Source of the DNA: Candidatus Velesiimonas alkalicola
Lineage (GTDB): Bacteria; Omnitrophota; Gorgyraeia; Velesiimonadales; Velesiimonadaceae
NCBI GenBank assembly: GCA_013626165.1
Contig: NDHX01000009.1
Coordinates: 2,007-66,006, forward strand
DNA: 64,000 nucleotides
Reading direction: 5' to 3'
The notes under the pieces are model-generated. The model was given only the letters and a program-made list of their open reading frames with translations. It had not been told where the DNA came from and ran no database searches. The position numbers and the translations under genes are program-made. Shown one piece after another: positions 1-8,584 of this stretch; the first letter of the stretch is position 1; every line of letters begins with the position of its first letter.

Positions 1-284
1 TAATCACCAAGATTCCTCGCGGAGTTTATCCTGAGCCCTCCCCTGAGATTCTTCGTCCCGAAAAGTCGGGACTCAGAATGACAGAAGGCGAAGGACTCGG
101 AATGACACTTCGTGTCACCTTGCGGCTCTTCTTCCTGTAATAAGAACGCTTTTTTAGCACTCGCCCCCACAATCTTCAGCTCAACCAGCTGGCCTTCTTT
201 AAGCTCTACTTCTCGCTGAATATTGCCGGGAAGTTTTATTTTCCCATCTTTATCCACCCTGGAAAATGCCCGCATAAGAGTCAT
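1..284 (-). CDS. AbrB/MazE/SpoVT-like small DNA-binding protein (frame runs off the window edge)
   Basis: Manual translation from ATG 284 with SD AAGGAGG: MTLMRAFSRVDKDGKIKLPGNIQREVELKEGQLVELKIVG, the swapped-hairpin AbrB pattern; not in the ORF track. Confidence 0.65.
   Translation of the reverse strand, partial: MTLMRAFSRVDKDGKIKLPGNIQREVELKEGQLVELKIVGASAKKAFLLQEEEPQGDTKCHSESFAFCHSESRLFGTKNLRGGLRINSARNLGD
10..106. repeat. Nested REP-like palindromic repeats (AGATTCyTCG...CTCrGAATGAC)
   Basis: Outer unit AGATTCCTCG(10-19)...CTCGGAATGAC(96-106) encloses an inner unit AGATTCTTCG(46-55)...CTCAGAATGAC(72-82) with hairpin GTCCCGA-AAAG-TCGGGAC. Confidence 0.7.
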
Positions 285-305
285 TTGATCATCCTCCTTC
301 AATGA

Positions 306-1208
306 TTAACTAGATTTTTCAACCAACTCTTTTACAATCTCTTTAACCCTGGACTGATTTGTCTTTGAGCCAACCCTGCTCGTCTCAGAAGCCAATATAT
401 CCTGGCACATCTGCATAAATGCACCATTAGATTTGGCAGGGGTAATATTTTGAACCTTAAGGGTCTTTGCAATCATAATGCAACCCCGAATGGTTGGGGC
501 AAACTCACACTTTCCAGATTCCCTCAAACCCCGGACAATATTTACTATCATCTCAGCATGTCTTTTAGAGAGTTTGGATTTTGCCCGCGTGATAGCCATT
601 TCCGTATCATAGTCAAAGTGGTCTAAATCCATTGTTATCATCCTATCTCTTAAAGCGTCCTGGCTTCTGTGGACACCGGCATATTCCTCAGGGTTAGAGG
701 TGAAGATAGCGGTGAAATTTGGATCAACTCTCAGATATGGTTCCTCGCCGCCTCTTCCCACTGGCAAATCCATCATCTTCTCCTGTAAGATAGAAAGAAG
801 GATGTTATTTGCCTCTGGACGTGAGCGAGTAAATTCATCATAGATAAGAGTAAATCCATACTTACAGGCAATGGTCAGGCGATTATCAACCCAGCGTTTC
901 ACCATGTCCTCTTCTGTCTTCAAAACTCTGGAGACAAAACGGTCTATAACTTTTCTAATCCTGTAGCCGTATTCACCACCGACAAGGTCAGAGGTTGTAA
1001 ACTCTTCATCGCCATGAATCATTACCACCGGTCTTTTAATCTTACTGGCTATGTGCATAGCCAACGTCGTCTTGCCAGTCCCGGAAACCCCTCTGAAATG
1101 GACTGGGAAATCAGCCTTGATATAGGAAAGGGCTCTGTTTGTAATATCCTTTATATAAGGAGTCTCCACAAAGTCTGGCAGAGGACTTGGCTCCAATACT
1201 GTAGTCAT
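306..1208 (-). CDS. gvpN: Gas vesicle AAA+ ATPase GvpN
   Basis: Walker A GVSGTGKT, YDEFTRSRPEANN, TSNPEEYAGVHRSQDALRDR; likely start MTTVLEP at 1208 (SD AAGGTG); gvpA nearby. Confidence 0.93.
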   Translation of the reverse strand: MTTVLEPSPLPDFVETPYIKDITNRALSYIKADFPVHFRGVSGTGKTTLAMHIASKIKRPVVMIHGDEEFTTSDLVGGEYGYRIRKVIDRFVSRVLKTEEDMVKRWVDNRLTIACKYGFTLIYDEFTRSRPEANNILLSILQEKMMDLPVGRGGEEPYLRVDPNFTAIFTSNPEEYAGVHRSQDALRDRMITMDLDHFDYDTEMAITRAKSKLSKRHAEMIVNIVRGLRESGKCEFAPTIRGCIMIAKTLKVQNITPAKSNGAFMQMCQDILASETSRVGSKTNQSRVKEIVKELVEKSS

Positions 1209-1263
1209 CTCATCAATCACCTTCTTTTCTTTCTTCTCAAAGTTTTCTCTTGCAGAATTGAAT

Positions 1264-1491
1264 CTATCCATCGGTAACCATTCCTTTGCCATTGCAGACT
1301 GTGCAGGTAACTCGGGCATTATGAGGATAAATGCCGGTGCCCTGGCAAAAAGCGCACTTGATCGCCGGCTCTATTACCTCAACCTTACCTGTGCCTCTGC
1401 AGACCTGACAGGTGGCAAGTTCAGAGAGTAAATCAAAGGGGTCTTTGCCTGTGCCTTTACAAAAGACACATTTTATCGCAATCTTGCTCAT
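1264..1491 (-). CDS. DnaJ-type CxxCxGxG zinc finger protein
   Basis: Four motifs CVFCKGTG, CQVCRGTG, CAFCQGTG, CTVCNGKG; SD AGAGGG. Confidence 0.8.
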   Translation of the reverse strand: MSKIAIKCVFCKGTGKDPFDLLSELATCQVCRGTGKVEVIEPAIKCAFCQGTGIYPHNARVTCTVCNGKGMVTDG

Positions 1492-1503
1492 ATTCTTACC
1501 CCT

Positions 1504-2091
1504 CTACTTTTTCTTTTTTTTCTTTTTTTTCTCCTTAACTGCCTCTTCAACTGTAGTTACTTCTGCACCATATTCAACAACCGGCTTACCTCTTCTCTTT
1601 GCCATGGTAGCAGTTAGAGCTTGCCAATTAGAAGCCATCTTTTCTTTTTCGGCGACCATCTTTTCTCGTTCATCTGCAAAACCACCTAATAATTTCTTGG
1701 TTTCACTGACAACACCTGCTACATACTTAACTAACTCTTTCTTGAGTTCCTCGCTCATATCAGCATGGGCATCAGAGAATTCTCTAAGTTTATCAGCAAC
1801 ATAGGTTTCAATCTCTTTTACTTCCTTAGCAAGTTTATCCTTAAGTTCTTTTGACATCTTGCTACGGTCCTTCTGAAAACCATTTAACATTGAACTTACA
1901 TCGTTAGTCAAATTCACAGCGAAATCTGCCAAGTTCTTTGCTTGCTCTTTGCTCATTTTTCCCCTATCAACTGCAAAGCTTTTAAGTGTCTTCTGGACAT
2001 CACTAACTAATTCTCCTATCGCCCTTACCCGGCCATCATAAGAGGCAACAATATCCTCACCTAATTTTTTGATATCATCTGCTATTCCCAT
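1504..2091 (-). CDS. Helical repeat protein, GvpC-like gas vesicle structural candidate
   Basis: Internally repetitive amphipathic helices (FAVDRGKMSKE / FQKDRSKMSKE / FSDAHADMSEE / FADEREKMVAE), poly-Lys tail, lies between gvpA and gvpN. Confidence 0.6.
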   Translation of the reverse strand: MGIADDIKKLGEDIVASYDGRVRAIGELVSDVQKTLKSFAVDRGKMSKEQAKNLADFAVNLTNDVSSMLNGFQKDRSKMSKELKDKLAKEVKEIETYVADKLREFSDAHADMSEELKKELVKYVAGVVSETKKLLGGFADEREKMVAEKEKMASNWQALTATMAKRRGKPVVEYGAEVTTVEEAVKEKKKKKKKK

Positions 2092-2202
2092 TTTGCATTC
2101 CTCCTTTCAAATTTTAATCAAACACATTAAATAAAAATTTTTATTTTCGCTCAACTAAGTCCTTAAATCAAACCTTGGCAACTTCTTCTTTCTCTCTGAC
2201 CT

Positions 2203-2877
2203 TCACCCCCCTTCCACTTTTTTTTCAGCCATAATAGCTGCCAATCTATTCCACTTAAGAAGCCCATCTTGGCGTTCTTTTCTAGATTCATCCGGGCTTG
2301 TTTTAACTTCTCTTGTTTTAACTTCTTTTGCCCGCTCAATCTGTTTTGACCGAATATCTTTTAGCATCGCTTTAAATTCCCTAATCCGTATGGCTTCTCC
2401 TTTATCTAAAAGGCTGCGCAGTGATTCGGCCATCTCTCTATATTCTGTTTGAAATTCCTTTAACATTACACTTACTTCACTCTCTCTGGCTTTTTGCCTG
2501 GCCTGAATATCCTCAAGCATCTTTTTAAAATCACTTATTCTTACCTTTTCTTCGCCCTCTGTCAGATTCCTCTTAATAACTTGCGCTATCTCTTTCTGTT
2601 CTTCAAAAAAAGTCTTTAATAAATTTCTTACCTGTCTTTCTTTTTCATCCTGATGGTAAAGGATATCTTTCATCATATTATCAAAATCTTTTTTTCTTAA
2701 AGACCCTCCTCTGGCAAGAGTTTCTTTGAGATGCTCACTCATTTCATTTTTTTTGTTCTTAAAATCCTCTAGGAGCTGGTGGGTACTATCTATGATCATG
2801 GCCACTGTAGAGATTCTAGATTGATAAGAAGAAACGATTTCCTGAGCAACTCTTTTCAACTCTTCGGCAATTTCCAT
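2203..2877 (-). CDS. Coiled-coil gas-vesicle-associated protein, N-terminus similar to 1504..2091
   Basis: MEIAEELKRVAQEIVSSYQSR vs MGIADDIKKLGEDIVASYDGR; repeated (L/I)RxxDFxxM(M/L)xDI motif; SD GGGGAG. Confidence 0.6.
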   Translation of the reverse strand: MEIAEELKRVAQEIVSSYQSRISTVAMIIDSTHQLLEDFKNKKNEMSEHLKETLARGGSLRKKDFDNMMKDILYHQDEKERQVRNLLKTFFEEQKEIAQVIKRNLTEGEEKVRISDFKKMLEDIQARQKARESEVSVMLKEFQTEYREMAESLRSLLDKGEAIRIREFKAMLKDIRSKQIERAKEVKTREVKTSPDESRKERQDGLLKWNRLAAIMAEKKVEGG

Positions 2878-2993
2878 AATCTTACTCCCCCATAACCTTT
2901 TAATTTTTCTAAAGCAAGGAAAGGAATTACTTGGCGAACCATGCTTTTCAAGGATGACTCGGCAAGAACCCCTTTTTCGGCCTTATCCTTATC

Positions 2994-3200
2994 TTAGGCG
3001 GCTGTTGCAGTCAATCCAATCGCTTCAGCATACTTCAGGTAAGTCTCAACTGATGCGACAACTACTCTTGCCTCAATCGCAAGTAATTCAATACCCACTA
3101 AAGAGACTCTTACCCAAGCGTCAACAACCACGCCCTTGTCCAGGATTCGGTCAACAACCTCTACCAAACTACTGGAACCAATCGCTTTTTCTACTGCCAT
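2994..3200 (-). CDS. gvpA: Gas vesicle major structural protein GvpA
   Basis: [55 protein letters not shown] is the canonical GvpA signature; start MAVEK at 3200. Confidence 0.97.
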   Translation of the reverse strand: MAVEKAIGSSSLVEVVDRILDKGVVVDAWVRVSLVGIELLAIEARVVVASVETYLKYAEAIGLTATAA

Positions 3201-3734
3201 GATTTTCACCCCCTTTCGTTTTTAGATTCCGCTTTTACACGGGTGAGGAGCGGTAAACCTCAAAAATCCATTCCTTTGCCGCCAGCTATTTACTATTGGG
3301 CGGAATCCCGCTATTCGCGGGAAAAAAGCTTATTCAAAAACTTCTCTGCTTTTTCTTTTGCTCCCAATCCGAAGGAAAGAGCGAGGATCAACACTAATCC
3401 GGCTAAGATGATATCCTTAGGAGCCATTTGCGTTGTAGCTATTTTTTCATCTTTTGGACAAAATTTTCAACTTCTCAATTTTGCCAATCTATTTGATACC
3501 CTATCTCGTCTGTGGAAATCTATCTTTTAGTCGCTTTTTGATAATTTTTCTGACACACCCCTCCTGTCCCCACTTCTTTAGTCGGTTCTTGCCCGCTGGC
3601 ATGGACGCTCACCTACTGGATTAAACATAACGGCTGTCTCTCTAAAATCCTCAATGAGCCGCCTCAAACTATCGGCGAATGCAAACAGGCTATTGTTTCA
3701 CTTCCTTCAAAACAACAAAAATAAATCAAAATAT

Positions 3735-3791
3735 AAAAAAATAAACCCAGAGCTGTTTGTTGCTTCCCTATAATGCAACAACTCTGGGTTT
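3735..3791 (-). terminator. Intrinsic terminator/attenuator hairpin, copy 1
   Basis: Minus strand AAACCCAGAGTTGTTGC-ATTATAGGGAA-GCAACAAACAGCTCTGGGTTT followed by ATTTTTTT. Confidence 0.75.
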
Positions 3792-3823
3792 TATATTCTA
3801 ACACCTTATTGTTTCCAAAAATG

Positions 3824-3886
3824 TCAGTAAGGTCGGTTGTATTTGTTTGTTTGTTTGTTTGTTTGTTTGTTTGTTGTACGCGACAT
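3824..3886 (-). CDS. Putative 20-aa leader peptide MSRTTNKQTNKQTNKYNRPY
   Basis: SD GGAGG 5 nt before ATG 3886; (CAAA)8 repeat in frame; TGA at 3826-3824; a homologous leader occurs at 13750-13818. Confidence 0.6.
   Translation of the reverse strand: MSRTTNKQTNKQTNKYNRPY
3842..3873. repeat. Tetranucleotide microsatellite (TTTG)8
   Basis: Eight perfect TTTG units counted directly. Confidence 0.95.
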
Positions 3887-3945
3887 TTTAGCCTCCGTCC
3901 TGCTTGCGTGCAACGCACAGGCAGATAAGTCCTGTGAATATTAGT

Positions 3946-3973
3946 ATATTATATATAAATTGAATTTTGTCAA
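3946..3973 (-). promoter_or_regulatory. Sigma70-like promoter of leader copy 1
   Basis: TTGACA-16 nt-TAATAT (TATAAT and TATACT alternatives overlap); spacer AAATTCAAT conserved in copy 2. Confidence 0.6.
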
Positions 3974-3993
3974 GTGTTTTTTTTGAAAAAAAA

Positions 3994-4674
3994 TTAAATC
4001 TTTTTCAGTCCCCTGTACTGTCTTATAAGGTTGATAGGATCTATATATGAAAATATTTCTATAAACATCCGAGCTTCTTTTTCTAATCCTTTTACCAGAC
4101 CAAACTTATGAATTTTAAGTGTATTCTTACCTGAACAGTATGTCCATAAAACTTTTTTATTATACTTCTGCATAAACCTGTTTATTGCAAATTCAATCTG
4201 ATACCCCCGCACGGGATATTTAAAAACATTTTTCAAATCAGCCCTTTTGATGATTCTTAAACCCGAGATTAAAATATCAAACCCCGTGATTTTGAAAAAG
4301 AAAGGAGAATGTGATTTCCTTAATATTAACATATCTATATTGCTATTTTGAAATGTGTTTATGGCATTTTCAATGTCTTCGACATTCACGCCTTCTATAT
4401 CCGCATCTAAAAGAAGTATATGCTCCGCACTTGCCCGGTTTAATCCCTCCCTTATTGCACCTGCCTTACCTATATTATTTTTATTTTTAACTAATGTTAT
4501 TAAAGGAAATCTGTTTTTTATTTCCTGATATGTAAAATTTACGGAGCCATCATCTACACAGATTATCTGCAACAGGCTTTTGACCTTTTGCAGCTTTTCC
4601 AATATGTCCAAAAGCGTCCTGCCTTCGTTATAGAAAGGTATTATGCAAGAAGTTTCTTTAAAATATTTTCCCAT
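3994..4674 (-). CDS. Glycosyltransferase family 2
   Basis: IIPFYNE, VDDGS, GKAGAIREG, LLDAD motifs. Confidence 0.9.
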   Translation of the reverse strand: MGKYFKETSCIIPFYNEGRTLLDILEKLQKVKSLLQIICVDDGSVNFTYQEIKNRFPLITLVKNKNNIGKAGAIREGLNRASAEHILLLDADIEGVNVEDIENAINTFQNSNIDMLILRKSHSPFFFKITGFDILISGLRIIKRADLKNVFKYPVRGYQIEFAINRFMQKYNKKVLWTYCSGKNTLKIHKFGLVKGLEKEARMFIEIFSYIDPINLIRQYRGLKKI

Positions 4675-6992
4675 TTGCTTTCCCTTGCCCTTGATAAGGC
4701 ATTTGCGGCAAGCCGGCTTCTTAGGTGTTCATCTTTATAGATTTTACGCATAGCCTGTGCAATCTCTTCTGAGTTTTTGGCATCAACTATAAGTCCGGAA
4801 TTATGGCTTGTTACGATATCTACAGGTCCACCCTTGTTAGAGACAATTGCAGGAAGACCGCTTGAGTGCGCCTCTAAAACTGCATTACCGAATGTATCTG
4901 TCATACTGGGGAAAACAAACACATCCGAGCTTGCATACGCCGCAGAAAGTTCCTCTCCTTTTAAATAGCCCGTAAATATAATATCGGGAAGGTTAAATCT
5001 TGCTTTTAATGTGCCAAGAAGAGGCCCGTCTCCCACTATGATAAGATGAATATCGTGCAGGTCTTTTTCAATATCCGTAAACGCATGCAAAAGATTTTCA
5101 ATATTTTTCTCAGTAGATACCCTTCCTACATAAATAAATTTAAAACCGCCGTTTATTCCATACCTTCCCCAGAATTTAGCATCTCTTTTTTGTGGCGTGA
5201 ACCTGCTGGTGTCCACCCCCCTTTCAAGTATATCCAATTTTGCCTTTTCAAACCCTTTTTCGACAAGAAGGTCAAAATAAAATCTACTCGGCACAAATAT
5301 TTTTTTCATATATCCGTAAAACCACAGCATATACTTCCATGCTAATCCTTCCATATGGTCATCATCGGTAAGATGGTGGACATATTGAGGAAAATCAGTG
5401 TGGTATATCCCTTTCAAATCTATGTTCAGTAGATGCCCTGCAAGCAGACCTACAAGTCCCACGGGTCCCGGGGTAGAGACAATGATTTCGTCAAATCCCT
5501 GCTTTTCCACAAATTCAAGCATCGTCAAAAACGGCGGAAAAACTATTTTTTGCGATTCATATTCCGGAAGATTGAACACGCCGACAGGTTCAAAATTATA
5601 TAGAGGGAAATCCGCCTCAGGCTTTTCGGAAAGTGATGTGCATACGGTTATCTGCCCATCCTTTCCCGCAAGATTGGCAAGCGTGGAAATAGTGCGCGAA
5701 ACACCGTTAACATCGTCTAATGTATCGGTGAACCATACCTTCTTGCCTTTATTGGCCTTTTTTCCGTCGGGGAGGTTGAAATGATTTTCAAAAGATTTTA
5801 ATAATTTATTATCCTTGTGTTGCGCAAAAAATGCGGTTATATATGGCGCAAACCCAAGAGCAACGGGACCTATGGATGAAAGAGATTGAATGCTTTCGAC
5901 AAGCCTTCCCTTTTCAATGTTTTCGATAAAATGCCGCGTAAAGGCAAAACCTAAATTATGTCCTATTGACGATGCAATATGAAAATGATATTGATCCTTG
6001 TCCTCCGTCGGAGCAAAACCTGTTTTTTTGGGTGATGCAAACCCGTCAACCAGTATTTTTTCTATATCCGTAAGGTTCCTTTTTTTCCTTGATGTAAAAA
6101 ATCTTACCACCGGTTGAGGAATATAGAATTTAGATGTCTGCTTTTCGTCATGCCCGGCAAACCTGCCAAGCATTTTTTTAATCGGGTCTATCTTGTGCCC
6201 GTTGCCCGAAAATTTACTACAATAATAGCCGTAGGCAATACGGTAAAGGCTATGGGCGAGTGTTAAACTTGAACCTGATATTCCCTCTTCTTTGTGTCTT
6301 CCTTCTCTTAAATCTTGAAGAAAATCAAAAACATTGGATGACCTGTCAGTGGAGGTGCAGGATTGTGCAATATAAACCCCGCTGTGGTCATCGCTTCCGC
6401 CTGTAAAAAATTTTTCCCATGCCTTATCCGCGACGCACAGATTATATCTGCCTGCCATTTCTTCAATTATTGCCGGGGTTAGATTTTCAAGAATTAACCT
6501 TGTTGTCTGATTTAAATATTGATTGCGGGCGCCGTTTAAAACTTCAAACCTTTTAAATAAAAGTATCAACTTTTCAACATTTTGCAGGGTAAGCTTATCA
6601 TTTACGGAAAGAAGCGGGTGGGCAACGGAATGGATTATATTGTTTTCAAGCATATATTTCCGGAGTTCATAAATATTCCCGCGGATTTTTTGTATCTGCT
6701 CAAACTGCCTTTCTGTAATCCCCATCACAAGACAGTGTATCTTACAGTTATCTTCCGGGAAGTATGTGGTAATCTCAGAAGAGATAAACACACCCGGAAG
6801 GTGTGCTATTTCAAGTGCCCCCGATATACTGTTGTGGTCGGTTATTGTTATATAATCCATCCCCTTTTGCTTACAGGTTTCATATATTGCGGAGGGTTCC
6901 ACGAAGCTTTCAGACGCACCTATGCGGCGTAAAAACCATTCACTGGGTCTGTTTGAATATTTACTGTGTATATGCAGGTCCGACCTTGACAT
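4641..6992 (-). CDS. PHP-domain / GT4 glycosyltransferase fusion
   Basis: N-term DLHIHS, ITDHN, GGSDDHS (PHP); C-term YHTDFP, YVGRVSTEKN, FPSMTDTFGNAVLEA (GT4). Confidence 0.9.
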   Translation of the reverse strand: MSRSDLHIHSKYSNRPSEWFLRRIGASESFVEPSAIYETCKQKGMDYITITDHNSISGALEIAHLPGVFISSEITTYFPEDNCKIHCLVMGITERQFEQIQKIRGNIYELRKYMLENNIIHSVAHPLLSVNDKLTLQNVEKLILLFKRFEVLNGARNQYLNQTTRLILENLTPAIIEEMAGRYNLCVADKAWEKFFTGGSDDHSGVYIAQSCTSTDRSSNVFDFLQDLREGRHKEEGISGSSLTLAHSLYRIAYGYYCSKFSGNGHKIDPIKKMLGRFAGHDEKQTSKFYIPQPVVRFFTSRKKRNLTDIEKILVDGFASPKKTGFAPTEDKDQYHFHIASSIGHNLGFAFTRHFIENIEKGRLVESIQSLSSIGPVALGFAPYITAFFAQHKDNKLLKSFENHFNLPDGKKANKGKKVWFTDTLDDVNGVSRTISTLANLAGKDGQITVCTSLSEKPEADFPLYNFEPVGVFNLPEYESQKIVFPPFLTMLEFVEKQGFDEIIVSTPGPVGLVGLLAGHLLNIDLKGIYHTDFPQYVHHLTDDDHMEGLAWKYMLWFYGYMKKIFVPSRFYFDLLVEKGFEKAKLDILERGVDTSRFTPQKRDAKFWGRYGINGGFKFIYVGRVSTEKNIENLLHAFTDIEKDLHDIHLIIVGDGPLLGTLKARFNLPDIIFTGYLKGEELSAAYASSDVFVFPSMTDTFGNAVLEAHSSGLPAIVSNKGGPVDIVTSHNSGLIVDAKNSEEIAQAMRKIYKDEHLRSRLAANALSRARESKWENILKKLLA

Positions 6993-7884
6993 TTTTAAGC
7001 ACTCCTATGGACTTTTTTATGTAATCCGAATACATCCCTCTTATCTCAAGCATCCATATACCCGTATAACGGCTTGAAAGAACATTTACCACATCTGCAA
7101 CAGGTATGCAGCCCCAACCCGGAGGCAGGTGTAAATCCCCCAATCCTAAAGGAACCATCTCCGAAAAATTATTCTCGTAATAACCGGAGGGCTTCCCGAA
7201 ATTATCGTGGATATGGATATAACCTATAGAGTCTTTAATCTTTTTTATTGAATCTAAAAACCCAAACCCATAAAAATTTGATGATACAAAAAGATGCCCT
7301 ATGTCAAGTGCTATGGATACATTTTTGCAGTTTATGTTCTTAACCTGATTATAGAGCACATCCAATTTTTCCGCATACCAGTCAAAACATTGAGGAACAA
7401 ATGCAGGCATATTCTCAATGCATATATCTATATCTTTATATTTTTTTGCAATTGTTTTTATAACCCCCGCCTCTTTTTCAAGAAGTTCATTTTTTAATTT
7501 TGCGGATAGGATTTTATAACGCTCTCCGGTTTGCTGCTCCGATATAAACTTACCGGGGTGATAAACAACGATATTAGAACCCAGAAGATATGCAAACTCC
7601 ATCGTTGAATATAAAACAGCCTTATGGGTTTCGGGCTGATTTTTATCCATTACATCCAACGATAAAGGGCAATGGACTGTGTACTCAAAATCAAAACTGT
7701 GCAGCAGATTTATCAGGCGACCGGCCTGGGTTTTATCAATCTGTCCGTTTCTTATGACATCCATACAGTTGACGGGAACTTCTATGTATTTCAAGCCAAT
7801 TTTTTTTAAAAGCCGCAAATCCTGCTTTAAGGCTCCGACATTACCGTTAATCCTTGCCTGACTTATCTTTGCTCCGATTTTCAT
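6961..7884 (-). CDS. Sugar phosphate isomerase/epimerase (AP endonuclease 2 TIM barrel)
   Basis: [27 protein letters not shown] metal-binding motifs. Confidence 0.85.
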   Translation of the reverse strand: MKIGAKISQARINGNVGALKQDLRLLKKIGLKYIEVPVNCMDVIRNGQIDKTQAGRLINLLHSFDFEYTVHCPLSLDVMDKNQPETHKAVLYSTMEFAYLLGSNIVVYHPGKFISEQQTGERYKILSAKLKNELLEKEAGVIKTIAKKYKDIDICIENMPAFVPQCFDWYAEKLDVLYNQVKNINCKNVSIALDIGHLFVSSNFYGFGFLDSIKKIKDSIGYIHIHDNFGKPSGYYENNFSEMVPLGLGDLHLPPGWGCIPVADVVNVLSSRYTGIWMLEIRGMYSDYIKKSIGVLKNVKVGPAYTQ

Positions 7885-8488
7885 ATTTTTCAATGAACGA
7901 GGTTATATCTAGGAAATCTTTAAACCTCTGTTTAATGTCTTCATATCGCCAGTCCCACCATTTTATTTTTAAAAGTTTTTCAATTACATCATCTGAAAAT
8001 CCTTTTCTTATGGGCTTTGCGGGAACGCCAACCGCAACCTCGTATGCTTTAACATCTTTTGTTGCAACAGGGCCCGCTCCTATCACGGTTCCGCTTTCTA
8101 TATTTACACCCGGCATAATTATCGCACCATGTCCTATCCACACATCATTCCCGATATTACATATTTTCAACCTTCTGGCTTGGAAAAAATCCGCGTCATC
8201 CTGCACATCAAAACCATACTGCCGTCTTCTATATGTAAAATGGTGTTGTGATACCCTGTACATAGGGTGGTTGCCCGGGTTTATTCTGGTATAAGATGCA
8301 ATTGAACAAAACTTTCCGATATTAGAGTAGATTATTGAAACCCCTTCCATCGCATAACTGAAATCTCCAAATATCGTTTCTTCTATGACACAATCTCTGC
8401 TTATTTCAGTCCATACACCCAGATTGCTATTTATAATTTTTGCGGATGAATTTATTGTAGGTTTTTCAGAAAGGATCTTTTGGCACAC
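7847..8488 (-). CDS. Hexapeptide-repeat acetyltransferase (CatB-like, phosphonate-cluster type)
   Basis: [52 protein letters not shown]; GTG start. Confidence 0.85.
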   Translation of the reverse strand: MCQKILSEKPTINSSAKIINSNLGVWTEISRDCVIEETIFGDFSYAMEGVSIIYSNIGKFCSIASYTRINPGNHPMYRVSQHHFTYRRRQYGFDVQDDADFFQARRLKICNIGNDVWIGHGAIIMPGVNIESGTVIGAGPVATKDVKAYEVAVGVPAKPIRKGFSDDVIEKLLKIKWWDWRYEDIKQRFKDFLDITSFIEKYENRSKDKSGKD

Positions 8489-8508
8489 TAAAAGTTATAA
8501 ATAAAAAT

Positions 8509-8547
8509 TGTTACAATATCGTGGAGGTTTTGTGAAGTTTTTGTAAA
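8509..8547 (-). promoter_or_regulatory. Pho-box-like array (4 hexamers, 11-bp period)
   Basis: Minus strand TTTACA-5-TTCACA-5-TCCACG-5-GTAACA, then TATAAC at 8499-8494. Confidence 0.65.
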
Positions 8548-8584
8548 TTTTCCGCTGATTTACCATAAATAATAAAAGCACTTC

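Noticed and set aside
2930-3330. c-di-GMP or other known riboswitch around gvpA
   Set aside because: Hairpins are present, but I could not match any consensus
3664-3918. 84-aa ORF containing QTNKQTNKQ
   Set aside because: Starts inside a palindromic repeat, has no SD and runs through the terminator; the short SD-led frame 3886-3824 is better supported
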